Below are positions 39,513 through 52,345 of a DNA stretch of 64,000 bases, piece by piece. A model generated the notes under the pieces. It did no database searches. It saw only the letters and a program-made list of their open reading frames with translations, and was not told the origin of the DNA. A program made the position numbers and the translations under genes. Numbering within the stretch: position 1 is the first letter of the stretch; the number at the start of each line of letters is the position of its first letter. Source of the stretch: Octopus sinensis (taxonomy: Eukaryota); NCBI RefSeq assembly GCF_006345805.1, contig NC_043001.1, positions 50,530,001 through 50,594,000 of the forward strand, written 5' to 3'.

Positions 39513-39542
39513 CATTAATAAATTCATCGTTTCACTAGCCAT
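39513..39542 (-). CDS. SGPL1: Probable first coding exon of the SGPL1-like gene (MASETMNLLM)
   Basis: ATG at 39542, 10 codons, then ATG|GTTCGT, a weak but plausible donor. It is phase 0, matching the phase-0 start of the 8154 exon. The peptide resembles the human SGPL1 start MPSTDLLML (recalled). It lies next to a CpG-enriched unique segment. Confidence 0.45.
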
Positions 39543-39559
39543 ATTCATAGATTGTTTTA

Positions 39560-39760
39560 TCAAATGTAATTCATAAGTTCTGTGAATCGCCTCACTAAAA
39601 CGGGGATTCCAGCGCAATTTCAACGACGACCAAAATACTTGTCTCCGTCAATCTTCGGAAAATTACGTAGGTTGTTGACTCACGTTTTTCTTCGGCCTCT
39701 CTTTTAACGTCATAAGCACATGTGCTCAATAAAGACCAGCTGATCAGAAGAGAAAAGGTG
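39560..39760 (-). promoter_or_regulatory. CpG-enriched unique segment, putative 5' UTR/promoter of the SGPL1-like gene
   Basis: Repeat-free and CpG-retaining, immediately upstream of the candidate start codon. No TSS evidence. Confidence 0.3.
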
Positions 39761-40544
39761 GGGGAAAAAAGAGAAAGAAATTAGTTTGTCCCATGGATTA
39801 TGGTGAGGTCATAAAATGTGACTTTACTATGTTATGAGTGAGAGGATACGGTTTAAAACGAACTGTAATGGAGCTAGTATTTGTTTAGCAAGTGACTTTA
39901 TGTGAGATCGTCAGTTAAAATTGAAGATGACTAAAATTAAACGTATATACACACACACAGACATACATAATTACATACATGTATGTATGCGTTTCTATTA
40001 ACTTATACACACACACACATAGTTCATAGATGAGAATCAGATATTCTCCGTATAGAATAAATACACTTAGTAGTGTTCGTGAGATTTAAACTTGAGCTGG
40101 TGTAAAAGTAAATGTAGAGATATGCAAGTTAGGCAGATTAGAATATAAAGTATGTTAAAAACCTGGAATACAACATATGTATATGTTTATTTACAAGAAG
40201 GTCCAACTTACACAGAATACAAAACTTTGAATTTCTTTCTTTCAACACCTCGAATGTAAGATGTCTTCCCTGAAGGTGGAAGCTTGTCTAATCCTACGAT
40301 GGAATCAATCTACAAACATCATTATTTTGGACCACCAAGCCCCCCCCCCACGAAACAGCTGTTGGATTTTTATTACTTTTCTTCAAACCCTTTAATTCTC
40401 TATATCATTTGTATTCTGTGTAAACTGGACCCTTTTTTTATGCATAAACAAATTTTTTGTATTCAATGTTTTTAATATACTTTCTATTTTGATCTGCCTA
40501 ACTTGCTTATCCCGACATCTACTTATATATATATAGTAGGAGCT

Positions 40545-41852
40545 GCCTGACCCAGCTATTACAACATTATGACTGGGTCTTGAGGCAGTTACTCAACAAA
40601 TCAAATGTGGACGTAATCTACCTTGATTTTGCAAAAGCTTTTGACAAGGTGGATCATGGTATGATATGCCACAAACTGTGTGACCTCGGCATAGCTGGAA
40701 AACTTGGAGTGTGGTTACATGACTTCCTGAAAGATAGGAGTCAGGCAGTAGTGGTTAATGGAACCACCTCTATGAACACAAATAGTGAGTGGTGTTCCAC
40801 AGGGCACAGTCTTGGGACCACTGCTTTTTATAGTGGCCCTCTCAGATATGCCCGGATAGCCACTCTGGCCAGCTATGCAGACGATACAAAAGTCTCGCAG
40901 AAAATACAGAACCCCAGCAATGTTGCACACCTGCAGCAGGAGTTGGACTCAATCTACAGATGGGCTGAGGATAATAATATGCAGTTTAATGCTGAAAAAT
41001 TCCAGGCCCTGTGCTACCAGCATCCAAAACTGAATATTAAACTTACAAGATACACCGGTCCACAGGGAATTTCAATCCCAGAGCCTAAGTCTGTGAGGGA
41101 CCTGGGTATCGACATGAGTGATGATACCTCTTTCCAAGTGCACATTACCAGGATGGCGACAAAGTACAGACAACTGGCTGGGTGGATCCTAAGAACATTC
41201 AGAACCAGAGATAAGGAAACCATGATGGTCCTCTGGTGGACATTCGTCCTCAGCCGCCTGGATTACTGCTCACAGCTATGGTCACCCACCAGTGTAAAAT
41301 TAACAGCGGACCTTGAAGCAATCCAGAGAAGATTCACAAAGAAGATCATCTCTTTGCAACAGCTCAGCTACTGGGAAAGGTTGAAACAGCTAAGACTCTA
41401 CTCCCTGGAGAGAAGACGGGAGAGGTATGCAGTAATATATGTCTGGAAGATCCTGGAAGGAATTGTGCCAAATTTTGGCATTGTAAGCTACACCAATGCT
41501 AGAACAGGATGACACTGCATAGTGCCAAAGATCCCAGCAATGCCATCATGCTTCAGGACCAGCTTCTGCAACAGCCTGGGTTTCAAGGGCCCACAGCTTT
41601 TTAATATTTTCCCAAAGAGTCTGAGGAACTTGCACAAAGTGGATGTAGTGGTTTTTAAATCAAAGCTGGACATCTTCCTGTCGAGAGTCCCAGATGAACC
41701 TACCTCACGGCAAGAGGTGCAAATGAGAGTAGCTATATCAAACTCCATTCTTCACCAAGTGCCACATATTAGACGAGGTTCTTCGTAATAACAGTGTAGC
41801 ACAAAACGGCGGTGCATCAGCATGGCCGCAGCTCTGAGCTGAAACTAGAGAG
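40545..41852 (+). mobile_element. 5'-truncated CR1-group LINE with an intact 3' tail
   Basis: YLDFAKAFDKVDH, YADD, LSRLDYCSQLW and LYSLERRRER; one frameshift near the QG motif. Confidence 0.9.
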
Positions 41853-41890
41853 AAAAAAAATATATATATATATATATTTATGTATGTATG

Positions 41891-41943
<53 letters not shown>

Positions 41944-42353
41944 GGGTTTGTATGATTGTGTATAGAGGGATATATATTATTCAAAGAAATTCCAACTCTG
42001 TTTTTATGTTATATTTATATTCTTTATAATATTACTGTATAATATAGAATATATAGTATATATAGTAAAATGAAATGAAGTATTGATTGTCTTATTGAAT
42101 AGATGAAATAGTGAATATAAAATATTAAGGGACTAGTATATTTTCTTGCATTTAAGCAGTCTTCAAAGTCCCAGGTTGTGACAGGAGTGTTTCCACTGTG
42201 GTTGACTGACTGTCTTTTGTTCTTTATATATGTTCCTGTGGGCAGCAGTAGTAGTTGCTTGGCTATTTTTAGAAATGATGCCAAAACATTTTTCAATGTT
42301 TATTTTTAGAAATATATATATATATATATAATTGTTAAAGAAGACAACAAATG

Positions 42354-43399
42354 TTAAGGTAAGGAAAACATCTAAGTCATATACATTATTGTTATTGGAA
42401 AAAATTCAAAGTCTTACAGCTGTTTCTGAGATATCGCATAGTATGGGATATTCTATCATTGGAGACAAATAGGGAAAATGAGAAGGGTAGAGATTAATGA
42501 AATGACAAGATAGAGGACAGGAGTAAAGGAATAAGGAGATGAAGAAAGGGAGAAAAACAACAGAAGCATAAAAGTTCACAATTCAATTTGCCAATCTTGT
42601 AGAAATAGGTTCATAAGTTCTTATGTGCAAATCCTGCATAAATTCTAACTCCTACTCCTAAATAATTTAACATTCAACTAGTTTCTCCATTCACAACTAC
42701 CTACACACCATAACCCCTTTGCTAAAAATAGCTCTGCAGCCACTGACCTTAGCAAGAATGGACACAAGTATTTACTACTAGATTTCCTCCTCAACCCCTA
42801 TAGACTAGCAGAATACCACTGGCACCTACTGTTCTCTTTAAATTCATTTTATGTTGCTCTATTTTGTTTATTTTTTTATGTTATCTCCTCTGCCTCCTCC
42901 TCATCTCTCTTACCTTTTTGGCTATCTTTGTACACTATATTCTTAGACACAATATGTTTATATACCTTACTTTTTCATTAACTTCCCCCTCATTCTATCT
43001 ACCTCTCTTTCTATTTATTTACTTTTCTTTCTTTTCACCACTTAATAGCCACCTCTGCTACCATCCTGTTGATATGTTTGCATCTTTTTTCTGGATGTTT
43101 ACACTATCAGAACTTTAACCTACATGGATTTACGCAGGATTGCACCTAAGGACTTAATTCTACAAGATCAGAAAGTAGAAATGTGAACTTTTATGCTTCT
43201 TTTTTCTCTACGTCTCCAAATTCCTTCACTTCCTTCCTCTATGTCATCATTTCATTAATCTATACCCCTCTCATTTCCCCTAGTTGTCTCCAATGACAGA
43301 ATATCCTATACAATGGGATATCCCAGAACTAGCTGTAAGACTTTGAATTTTTTCCAGTAACAATAATGTATATGACTTGAGATGTTTGCTTTGCCTTAA
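42354..43399. mobile_element. Older inverted-repeat element whose arms carry decayed hammerhead motifs (probably Penelope-like)
   Basis: Diverged arms at ~42354-42640 and ~43115-43399. Minus strand 42411-42466 reads GTCT-CCAATGA-stem-GAA-ACAGCTGT-A-AGAC. Confidence 0.5.
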
Positions 43400-43769
43400 T
43401 CTTTGTTGTCCTCTTTAACAGTTATACATCCACTATATCAGAAATCTGCAGTGGCTCAGTAACTACCATCACAGCTATAACCTTGGAGCCCTAGTAATCC
43501 GTTACAGCTCTTACCTAATGCACCTAATCATTTAGATCACCAGTGAATCACACACCTGTGTGTGTGTATAATCAAAATAAGCAACAAGGTAGAGCAGTAC
43601 AATTGTTTCATGCTACTTCATTTTATTAAACACTGTAAGTATTACATCAGTTTTAAAATGTCAAGCAATCTTCGGCCACTTATAGAATTTTCAATTAAAC
43701 AGACAATGTACATTCTTATCCCCATTTCATTTGCCAACATTATAAAGAAGATAGATATATAGACAGAGA

Positions 43770-44705
43770 GGTTGATTTCATTGGATGTGTAATGTCAGTG
43801 TGCATACACAGCAGAGTGTAAGCACCTTAAGAGAAAAGATGGACCTAAGAAGCATCAGATGTGGTGTGCAAGAGAGACGACTGCGCTGGTATGGTCATGG
43901 GGTGCGAATGGATGAGGACAGCTGTGTGAAAAAGTGTCACACCCCAGTGGTAGAGGGAATCTGTGGGAGAGGCAGACCCAAGAAGACCTGAGATGAGGTG
44001 ATGAAGCATGACCTTTGAACATAGGGTCTCACCAAGGCAATGACTAGTGACTGAGACCCTTGGAAATATGCAGTGCTTGAGAAGACCTGGCAAGCCAAGT
44101 GAGACCATAACCTGTGGCCTATGCCAGCAGTGTAACCAGCCTACTTATGCATACCTTTCTTTCATTGGACACTAAACTTTGCTTGCAAAGACCTGTTGAG
44201 GCAAGTGAAATCACAATCAAAGTCAAATTTGCTGACGTGGCCGATGACAGAACTGCCTGACTGACACCTGTGACAGTGGGTCGTTAAAAGCACCATCCAA
44301 GCGTGATCGTTGCCAGGGCCGCTGACTGGCTCCCATGCCAGTGACACATAAAAAGCACTGTTCGAGCATGATCGTTACCTGCATCACATTACTGGCACAT
44401 GAAAAACAACATTTGAACGAGGTCGTTGACAGTGCTGTTGCACTGGCTCCTGTGCAGGGGGCACATAAAAAACACCATTTGAGCATGGCTACCACCAGTA
44501 CTACCTGACTGGCCCTCGTGCCAGTCGCACATAAAAGCACCCACTACACTCCTGGAGTGGTTGGCAATAGGAAGGGCAACCAGCTGTAGAAACTCTGCCA
44601 GATCAGTTTGGAGCCTGGTGCAGCCATCTGGCTTGCCAGTCCTCAGTCAAACCGTCCAACTCATGCCAGCATGGAAAGCGGACATTAAATGATGATGATG
44701 ATATA
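43770..44705 (+). mobile_element. RTE LINE 3' end, second copy
   Basis: VQERRLRWYGHGVRMDEDSCVKKC...GRPKKT plus the same 3' UTR. Confidence 0.85.
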
Positions 44706-44779
44706 TATATATGTGCCTATATTCATATTGTATATATGTGTGTGTTTATATATATATATATTCCTCACCTATCCTTTCC

Positions 44780-45385
44780 CCCCGACCCCTACTTCTTCAG
44801 TCCTTCATCCTTTCACCCCTACTCCCCTTCCCTTCTTCCCTCTTTCTCCCTCCCTCTTCCCCTTCCCTCTGCTCCCTCACTCCCTCTCTCCCCTTCTCTC
44901 TCCCCCTCTCCCTCTTTCCTCCTTCATCCCCCTCCTCTCCTCTTCCCCCCTCTTCTTCCTCTCCCCTTCTCTCCCCCTCTTCTCCCCCTCCCCCTCTTCT
45001 CCTCACTACACCACATGACTTTACACATCACATCACATATGATGTGCCATACTAATACACACACCAACTAATACATACTAATACGTACTAATACATACTA
45101 GTACATACTAATACATACACCAACCCTATACATACACACGTCCAGACCCCGCATACGCACTTATACTCTCTCATACACACACACACACACTTATACATAC
45201 CAATACGTACTAATACATACTAATACATACTAATACATACACCAACCCCATACATACGCACGTCCAGACCAATCCTACGCACTAATACTCTCTCATACAC
45301 ACACACACACACCCTTATACATACTAATACATACACCAACCCTATACATACACACATCCAGACCCCTCCTACGCACTATTAGCTG
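44780..45385. repeat. CT-rich tract followed by three ~125-bp tandem units (ACTAATACAT/CCAACCCTATAC/CCAGACC)
   Basis: Direct observation. Confidence 0.8.
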
Positions 45386-45454
45386 GTCCCTCAACCCTTT
45401 TATCAGCCCTATTATCTCCCCTTATTTCGCTCTCGCGTCTCATGTTTGATCTTT

Positions 45455-45683
45455 GACCTCTGGCCGAAATCAGATCGCCATGTTGATTCGTTAGCTACTG
45501 CACGCATTTTTTTCTCTCCTTCTTTCTGTGTTTTTCTCTCTCTGTGTATCTTTCTGTTGAAGAGCGTAGGCTCGAAACGTTAAAGACTTGTTTTATTTAT
45601 ATTTCCTGAGCGCCATACTAATACAATTGTTCGTTTGTTTTCCACCTGCCTTCGTCTTTTGTTTATTTTCATAAAGCTTCCCG

Positions 45684-45685
<2 letters not shown>
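45455..45685 (+). mobile_element. Dispersed ~200-bp repeat with a hammerhead-like motif (family D)
   Basis: 45549-45586 reads TCTTT-CTGTTGA-A-GAGC(GTAG)GCTC-GAA-ACGT-T-AAAGA. It ends in (TA)n, and there are three other copies in the window. Confidence 0.6.
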
Positions 45686-45726
<41 letters not shown>

Positions 45727-45729
<3 letters not shown>

Positions 45730-47060
45730 TCATCATCATCATTTAGCGTTTGTTTTCCATGCTGGCACAGGTTAGATAGTTTGACTAGCACTGGTAAGCC
45801 AGAGAGCTGCACCAGGCTCCAGTCTGTTTTGACTTGGTTTCTAAGGTTGGATGCCCTTCCTAATGCCAACCACTCCACAGAGTGTACTGGATGTCTTTTA
45901 CTGTCACTGGCATGGGTGCCTTTTACATGTCACCGTTATGGGTACCATTTATATGCCACCGGAATGGCACTGGTCACAACTATGATTTCACTAAGTTTGA
46001 TGTGTCTTCTCAAACACAGTAAATCACTGGAAGTCTTAGTCACTTGTCATTGTCTCTGTGAAACCCATCATCCAAAGATCATGTTTCTGTATCTCATCCC
46101 ACATCTCCCTGGGTCAACCTCTTCCACTAGTTTCCTCCAGAGATAGGGATCAGCACTTCTTTATGCAGTTATCCTCATCCATACACATCACATGGCCATA
46201 CCAGCACAGTCTTCTCTCTTGCATACTACATCTGATACCTTTTATACCCAATCTTTCTCTTAAGACACTCACACTCTGTTGTACGCATGCACTGACATTG
46301 CACATCCAATAGAACATACTAGCTTCATTTCTTTCAAGCCTTCACATTCTTCTCAATCATAGCCCATATTTCACTGGCATGTAGCATGGCTGTTTGGTAC
46401 ACAGGCATTATACAATCTGCTTTTCACTCAGAGGAAGAGGCCCTTATCAACAAAGGTAGCAGCTCTCTGAACTTTGCCCAACCCGTTCTTATTCTAGCAG
46501 CTATGCTCTCAGAGCATCTTCCTCTGCTGCTGATTTGGTCACCTAGGTAATAGAAGCTATCTTCAACTTATCCCCCAGGACATTTAACAAAGTCTATCCT
46601 TTGTACATTCCTAGTGTGCTGTGCCTACACATCTGCCAAATATGAAGACTACTTTCTCTGTTAGCCTTCCTCTGACCCTGCTGCACTTCTTATGTGTCCA
46701 TAGCTTGCACTGGGTACACCTCATGGAGTTTATACCTACACCTTTTCTACATATCGAGCAGGGCCATCTCCCAAAAGAGATTTGTGACTTCTCTGTTTTC
46801 CTACTTACTAAGACTCTGGTAGTGATTCAGCTACAAGAACAAAGTCATCAGTATAGAGGAGTTCCCAAGGGCAGCCTGTCTTAAATTTCCTCTGTTATGG
46901 CCTGGAGGACTATGATAAACAGGAAGGGGTCGAGAACTGTTCCCTGGTGAACTCCTACCTGTACACTGAATTAATTGCTATACTTGTTGCCAATTTTCAC
47001 CTTACTGACAGCATGCCTCTACATAGCTTGTATGGCTCTCACCAACCACTCATCTATCAC
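45727..47060 (-). mobile_element. RTE LINE fragment (RT C-terminus to 3' UTR)
   Basis: VGVHQGTVLDPFLFIIVLQAITEEFKTGCPWELLY.DD. UTR-only copies of this family lie at ~3008-3300, 10045-10150, 22275-22432, 24110-24310, 28515-28880, 33065-33600, 47950-48050, 50040-50940 and 51000-51370. Confidence 0.85.
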
Positions 47061-47344
47061 CTAGCTTCATACATACATACATACATACATCATATATATA
47101 TATATATATATAGATTCAGATGAATATGGTACTTGAGTTGAGGCACCAGAATTTAGTACGGTATTATCCATACAATTTCAAAATAAGGTGATTAAAATCA
47201 AAGTAAGCAACAAGGATATCCAGAGGTAATGCAATACAATCGTTTCATTCAATTCCATTTAATTGAACAATGCATTCATTACATCAATTTAAAATGCAGA
47301 GCAATCTTCAGGTGGACAAAGACATAGAATTTAATTAAAGTCGC

Positions 47345-47575
47345 CCATGCATACTGGCCTCCCCTCTCTATGCTACCAGTGTTATCCAAGGGAAAAGCAA
47401 CAGCAGATACAGCTTGGTACCTGTGATGCCGCAACTCATTTCTACAGCTGAGTGAACTGGAACAATGTGAAATAAAGTGTCTTGCTCAAGAACACAACAT
47501 GCAGCCCGGTCCGGGAATCAAACTCACAACCTCACGATCGTAAGCTCGATGCTCTAACCACTGAGCCATGCACCT
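47345..47575 (-). mobile_element. tRNA-derived SINE, family F
   Basis: Head TGGCTCAGTGGTTAGAGC...GAGTTTGATTCCC followed by TTGAGCAAGACACTT...CACTCAGCTG. Related copies at ~28255-28500 and 63725-63830. Confidence 0.65.
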
Positions 47576-48053
47576 TATAATAATAAAATTGTATTAATAA
47601 ATAAATATATAAAGTATAACTAAGGTTATTTTAAAAATGGTTTGAGATATCTTACACTTGTTTCATGAAGGTATTACCTTTCGAAATGAAATCCAAAATT
47701 GATAATCATTATTAGGTAGTACATCCACTCATCATAGAAAAGGGTGAATTTCTGTGTAGTCAATTGAACAATAGAAATGCTATTTAAAATCGTATGATAA
47801 AGATGTTATTTAAAAAGTTATTGGTATAAACTTGGGCTAAAAATTTTGAAAAAAATAATATAAATCCATGGTAAAATCCTTTGTAATAATCTGTAATGGC
47901 TGTGTGCAGATAGAAGTCCAATAATTCCTTTTCCCTTCAGTATGTAGAGCTCTTCCAGATCAAGATTGGTGCAGCCACCTGGTTCGCCAGCCCTCAGTCA
48001 AATCGTCTAACCCATGCTAGCATGGAAAGCAGATGTTAAACGATGATGATATA

Positions 48054-49957
48054 GCATAGGAGTGGCTTTGTGGTAAGTAGCTTGCTTACGAACCACATGG
48101 TTCCGGGTTCAGTCCCACTACGTGGCACCTTGGGCAAGTGTCTTCTACTATAGCCTCGGGCCGACCAAAGCCTTGTGAGTGGATTTGGTAGACGGAAACT
48201 GAAAGAAGCCTGTCGTATATATGCATATATATATGTATGTATGTGTATATGTTTGTGTGTCTGTGTTTGTCCTCCCAACATCACTTGACAACCGATGCTG
48301 GTGTGTTTACGTCCCCGTAACTTAGCGGTTTGGCAAAAGAGACCGATAGAATAACGGATCTTTTCTATTCTGAAGCCAGTTTTTTCAAATTTTTCCTACT
48401 GAACCAAACAATTTGAAACTTCGTATACTGGTAGAATGTGTCAAAAGTAAACTTAATTGTAAACCAGAATGAAAACGGAATTGTAACTTCTAAGTTTAAC
48501 GTTGTTTAATAATTAGAATTTTAACCAATGATATTCCGTCATTCGGCTTTATTTTATTTACTCCGTCTCGACCACCAATTTCGTGACGTATTAAACATCT
48601 TAAATGTAAACAAGCGCATCCTTCTAATTATTTAACGTACTCATGTTTCCAGGATCCTATAGTCAGCCACCTTCTAATAACAATATTTAAAACTAGTTAA
48701 TAAGTCACATGTATTAAATTGAAAATGTTTCCATTCTGTTAGTACTTGCTTTCGTTTTATTTTTTTACATAAGTAATGAGAGCGAAAGAGACTAAGAGGA
48801 AGCGATTTTATGACGAGGGAAGTTTGTCTTTGAAGTTACCGTCTAGGGGAAGCATTGATGTACATGTGTGTGTGTGTGTGTGTTTGATGGGGTGTGGGAG
48901 ACAGTATGTTGTGTAAGTGAAGTGCTTCTGTTAGTGTGTGTGAAGAGACAGAGAGAGTAATGTGTGAAAGAGAGAGATAACTGAAATTTTTTACTCGGTG
49001 TATGTGTATATGTATGTCTGCATGTATGTGTGTGTGTATGTATGTGTAAGTATGTGTGTGTGTGTATGTATGTGTGTGTGTGTATGTATGTATGGCCGAT
49101 TCATCGTAATTACGATGAATCGGCCATACATACATAGATACATACACACACACACATACTTACACATACATACACACATACACCGAGTAAAAAATTTCAG
49201 TTATCTCTCTCTTTCACACATTACTCTCTCTGTCTCTTCACACACACTAACAGAAGCACTTCACTTACACAACATACTGTCTCCCACACCCCATCAAACA
49301 CACACACACACACACACATGTACATCAATGCTTCCCCTAGACGGTAACTTCAAAGACAAACTTCCCTCGTCATAAAATCGCTTCCTCTTAGTCTCTTTCG
49401 CTCTCATTACTTATGTAAAAAAATAAAAGTTTTTTACGGAAATCGACGGAAAACTTGTGCTACGACAAGCGAAACTTCGCCGAAATTTAATATTAAAAAA
49501 GCAAAGAGCTGGCAGAAACGTTAGCACGCCGGGCGAAATGCGTAGCCGTATTTCGTCTGCCGTTACGTTCTGTGTTTGTTTACAGTTTTCCGAACGTTAG
49601 TACGTCACAAAAGCGCTTTCTACGTCACACTAATAGAATGCAGTCAAGTTTTACACATGAAAACAAACAATCTGATTGGTTAAAATTCGCAGTTTTAATC
49701 TACGATTAAAGTCATAAAATAGATTTTTCTCAAATAAACTAGTTCCAACCTGTGTCTTGTTTTGCTAGACTCTATCAGCATACGAAGTTTCAGATTATTT
49801 AGCTAAGTAGAAAGATCTGTGGTCCTGGCTTCAGAATTGAAAAGATCCAGAATAACTACTAGGCTTACAAAGAATAAGTCCTGGGGTCGATTTACTCGAC
49901 TAAAGGTGCTCCAGCATGGCCACAGTCACGTGACTGAAACAAGTAAAAGAGTAAAGA
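48054..49957 (+). mobile_element. SINE family A copy split by a DNA-transposon insertion
   Basis: 5' part at 48054-48355 and 3' part at 49849-49957, joined at a duplicated AGAATAAC. Confidence 0.85.
48356..49848. mobile_element. GGATC-ended non-autonomous DNA transposon (MULE-like) containing a large palindrome
   Basis: TIRs GGATCTTTTCTATTCTGAAGC / GCTTCAGAATTGAAAAGATCC with an exact 8-bp TSD, AGAATAAC. Confidence 0.75.
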
Positions 49958-50925
49958 GATATGCAAGTGTAATGAATAAAATAGCTTCTCTCCTCTTCCC
50001 CTTCTTACACTATGATTATCTGCCACTCCCAATCTAGTTCTCACTACCCTGCTCACTGTACCGTTGCTTCCTTCCCACCATCCCCTCCCCTCTATATACC
50101 CAGATCCTCATCAGTCACAACATCCCCCATGCCCACTCCCTACTCATGACTTCTTGGCAGTACCTTGCCAGCACTTACCACCATTTGTCTCTCTCTCTTC
50201 CTTGCTGTACCATCCCACCTATGCTCTGATGCCCATTCCTTGCAAGCATACCCTGACACTTGTTGCCACCTCTCTCCTGCTCTCGTTTCTCTTCCATTCT
50301 TCTTTCCTCTGGTTGAGTAAATCATGTCTCATCTACAGCGACAAACCTGTTTCTGCCTTCATTCTTGATCAATCTGTCTCCCTCCTCCTCTTGTTCTTAC
50401 CTCTGGCTAAGTAACCATGTATCCCCTTTACAACAGCACACCTCTTTCTTGTTAACTCTCACTCACCGTCTCTCCTTCTCTCTGGCTGGGTAACCATGTA
50501 CCTCCCCTACAACAAGACATCTGTTTCTGTCTCTCTGTCACATTCTAACCATTCATCATCTGACACAAGATCACTTCCTCCAATGTTCCCATCCCTCTCA
50601 AAGATTCCTTGTCTTGCAAGGTTACTTGGTGATCCTACCTGTGCAGGTGCCACTTAAACAGCACCCAGTTCACACTGTAATGTAGCTGGCATTTGGAAGG
50701 GCATCCAGCTGTAAAAACCATACCAAAATTGACCTCACCTGTGCAAGTGGCATGTAAAAAGCACTCAGTCCAATCTGCAGAGTGATTTTAGAAGGGCATC
50801 TAGCGATAAAAACCATGGCAAAACAGACACAGAAGCATGGTGTAGGCTGCTGCTTAGCCAGCTCCTGTCAAAGCATCCAACCCATGCCATCATGGAAGGA
50901 GGTTAAACAATGATGATGATGATGA

Positions 50926-51001
<76 letters not shown>

Positions 51002-51374
51002 CATCATCATCATTGTTTAACATCTGCTTTCCATGCTGGCATGAGTTGGACAGTTCGACTGAAAACTGGTAAGCAGGTTCCAATTTGATTTGGAAAGGTT
51101 TCTATGGCTGGATGTCCTTCCTAATGCTAACCACTCTGAGAGTGTAGTGGGTGCTTTTTACGTGCCACCAGCACAGGTGCCATTGACCTGACACCTACAT
51201 CAGCCACAACTACAGTCTCACTTGGCTTGACAGGTCAACACAAGCATGGTGTATTGCCAAGGGTCTTGGATACATGTCACTACCTCCATGAATCCCAATG
51301 CTCATATGGTGCTTTTTACATGCCACCAGCACAGGTGCCAGTCAGATGACACTGGCATCGACCACATGCATGTG

Positions 51375-52345
51375 TGTGTGATTTTTCCATCATAACTTTC
51401 AGGAAAATGGATACATATTAGTGAAATTTTATAGAAACACCTTTCAAACAGGTTTATAAAGAAATTTGTAGGGAAAATGTCTTCCCAAAAGGTGGGGAGA
51501 TTATAAAGAAATCTCTGGAGAAAATGTTTTCTGAAGGGTTGGAGAGAGGATTTCGGAAAATTCTCACAGTCCGTTTTTTAGCTTCATAACGTTCAGGATC
51601 CTGTTTAGCGCCCGGTCACCAAAACGGCAAAAAAAAACCCAGTCTAATAGGTGTACAAAAACGTGTAGAAAACGAATATGAAAGCAAAAATTTGCGCAAA
51701 CGAACGGCGGGGTGGGAAGAGTATTTCGGAAAATTCACACGATCCGTTTTTTTCCCTCATAACTTTCAGGAAAATGGATATCTTTCAATGAAATTCTATA
51801 GAAACACCTTTCAAACAGCATAGATTACAATTATAAAGAAATTTGTGGGGGAAATGTTTTCCTGAAAGTTGAGGGAAAAATCGGATCGTGTGAATTTTCT
51901 GAAAGTCTCCCCACCCCCCGCTCGTTTGCGTAAATTTTGCTTTCATATTCGTTTTCTACACATTTTCTTTACATCTATTTTACTGTTTTTTTATATATAT
52001 ATATTTTTTTATTACGTTTTTATGACAAGGTGCTAAAGTAGATTCAGAAAGTTATGAGGGGTAAAAAACGGATCGTGTGAACTTTCCGACACTCCTTTCT
52101 CCACCCCTTCGGAAAACATTTTCCCCGGGAATTTCTTTATAATCGTATTTTATGTCATTTGAACGGTACTTCTATAAAATTTCACTAATATATATTCATT
52201 TTCCTGAAAGTTATGAGGGAAAAATCGGATCTTGTGAATTTTCCGAAAGTCCTCTCCTCGGCAACCCGTTCGTGTGCGCAATTTTTTTTATTCATATTCG
52301 TTTTCTACACATTTTTTTTTACACCTAGTAGGCTGTTTCTTTTTA
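51375..52345. mobile_element. Fold-back element built of repeated modules in both orientations
   Basis: The module CATAACTTTCAGGAAAATG / CATTTTCCTGAAAGTTATG and GGAAAATTCACACGATCCG recur as direct and inverted copies. Confidence 0.6.

Noticed and set aside
39294-39623. 109-aa minus-strand ORF
   Set aside because: It overlaps the candidate first exon but reads through the donor into AT-rich intron-like sequence; no recognisable domain.
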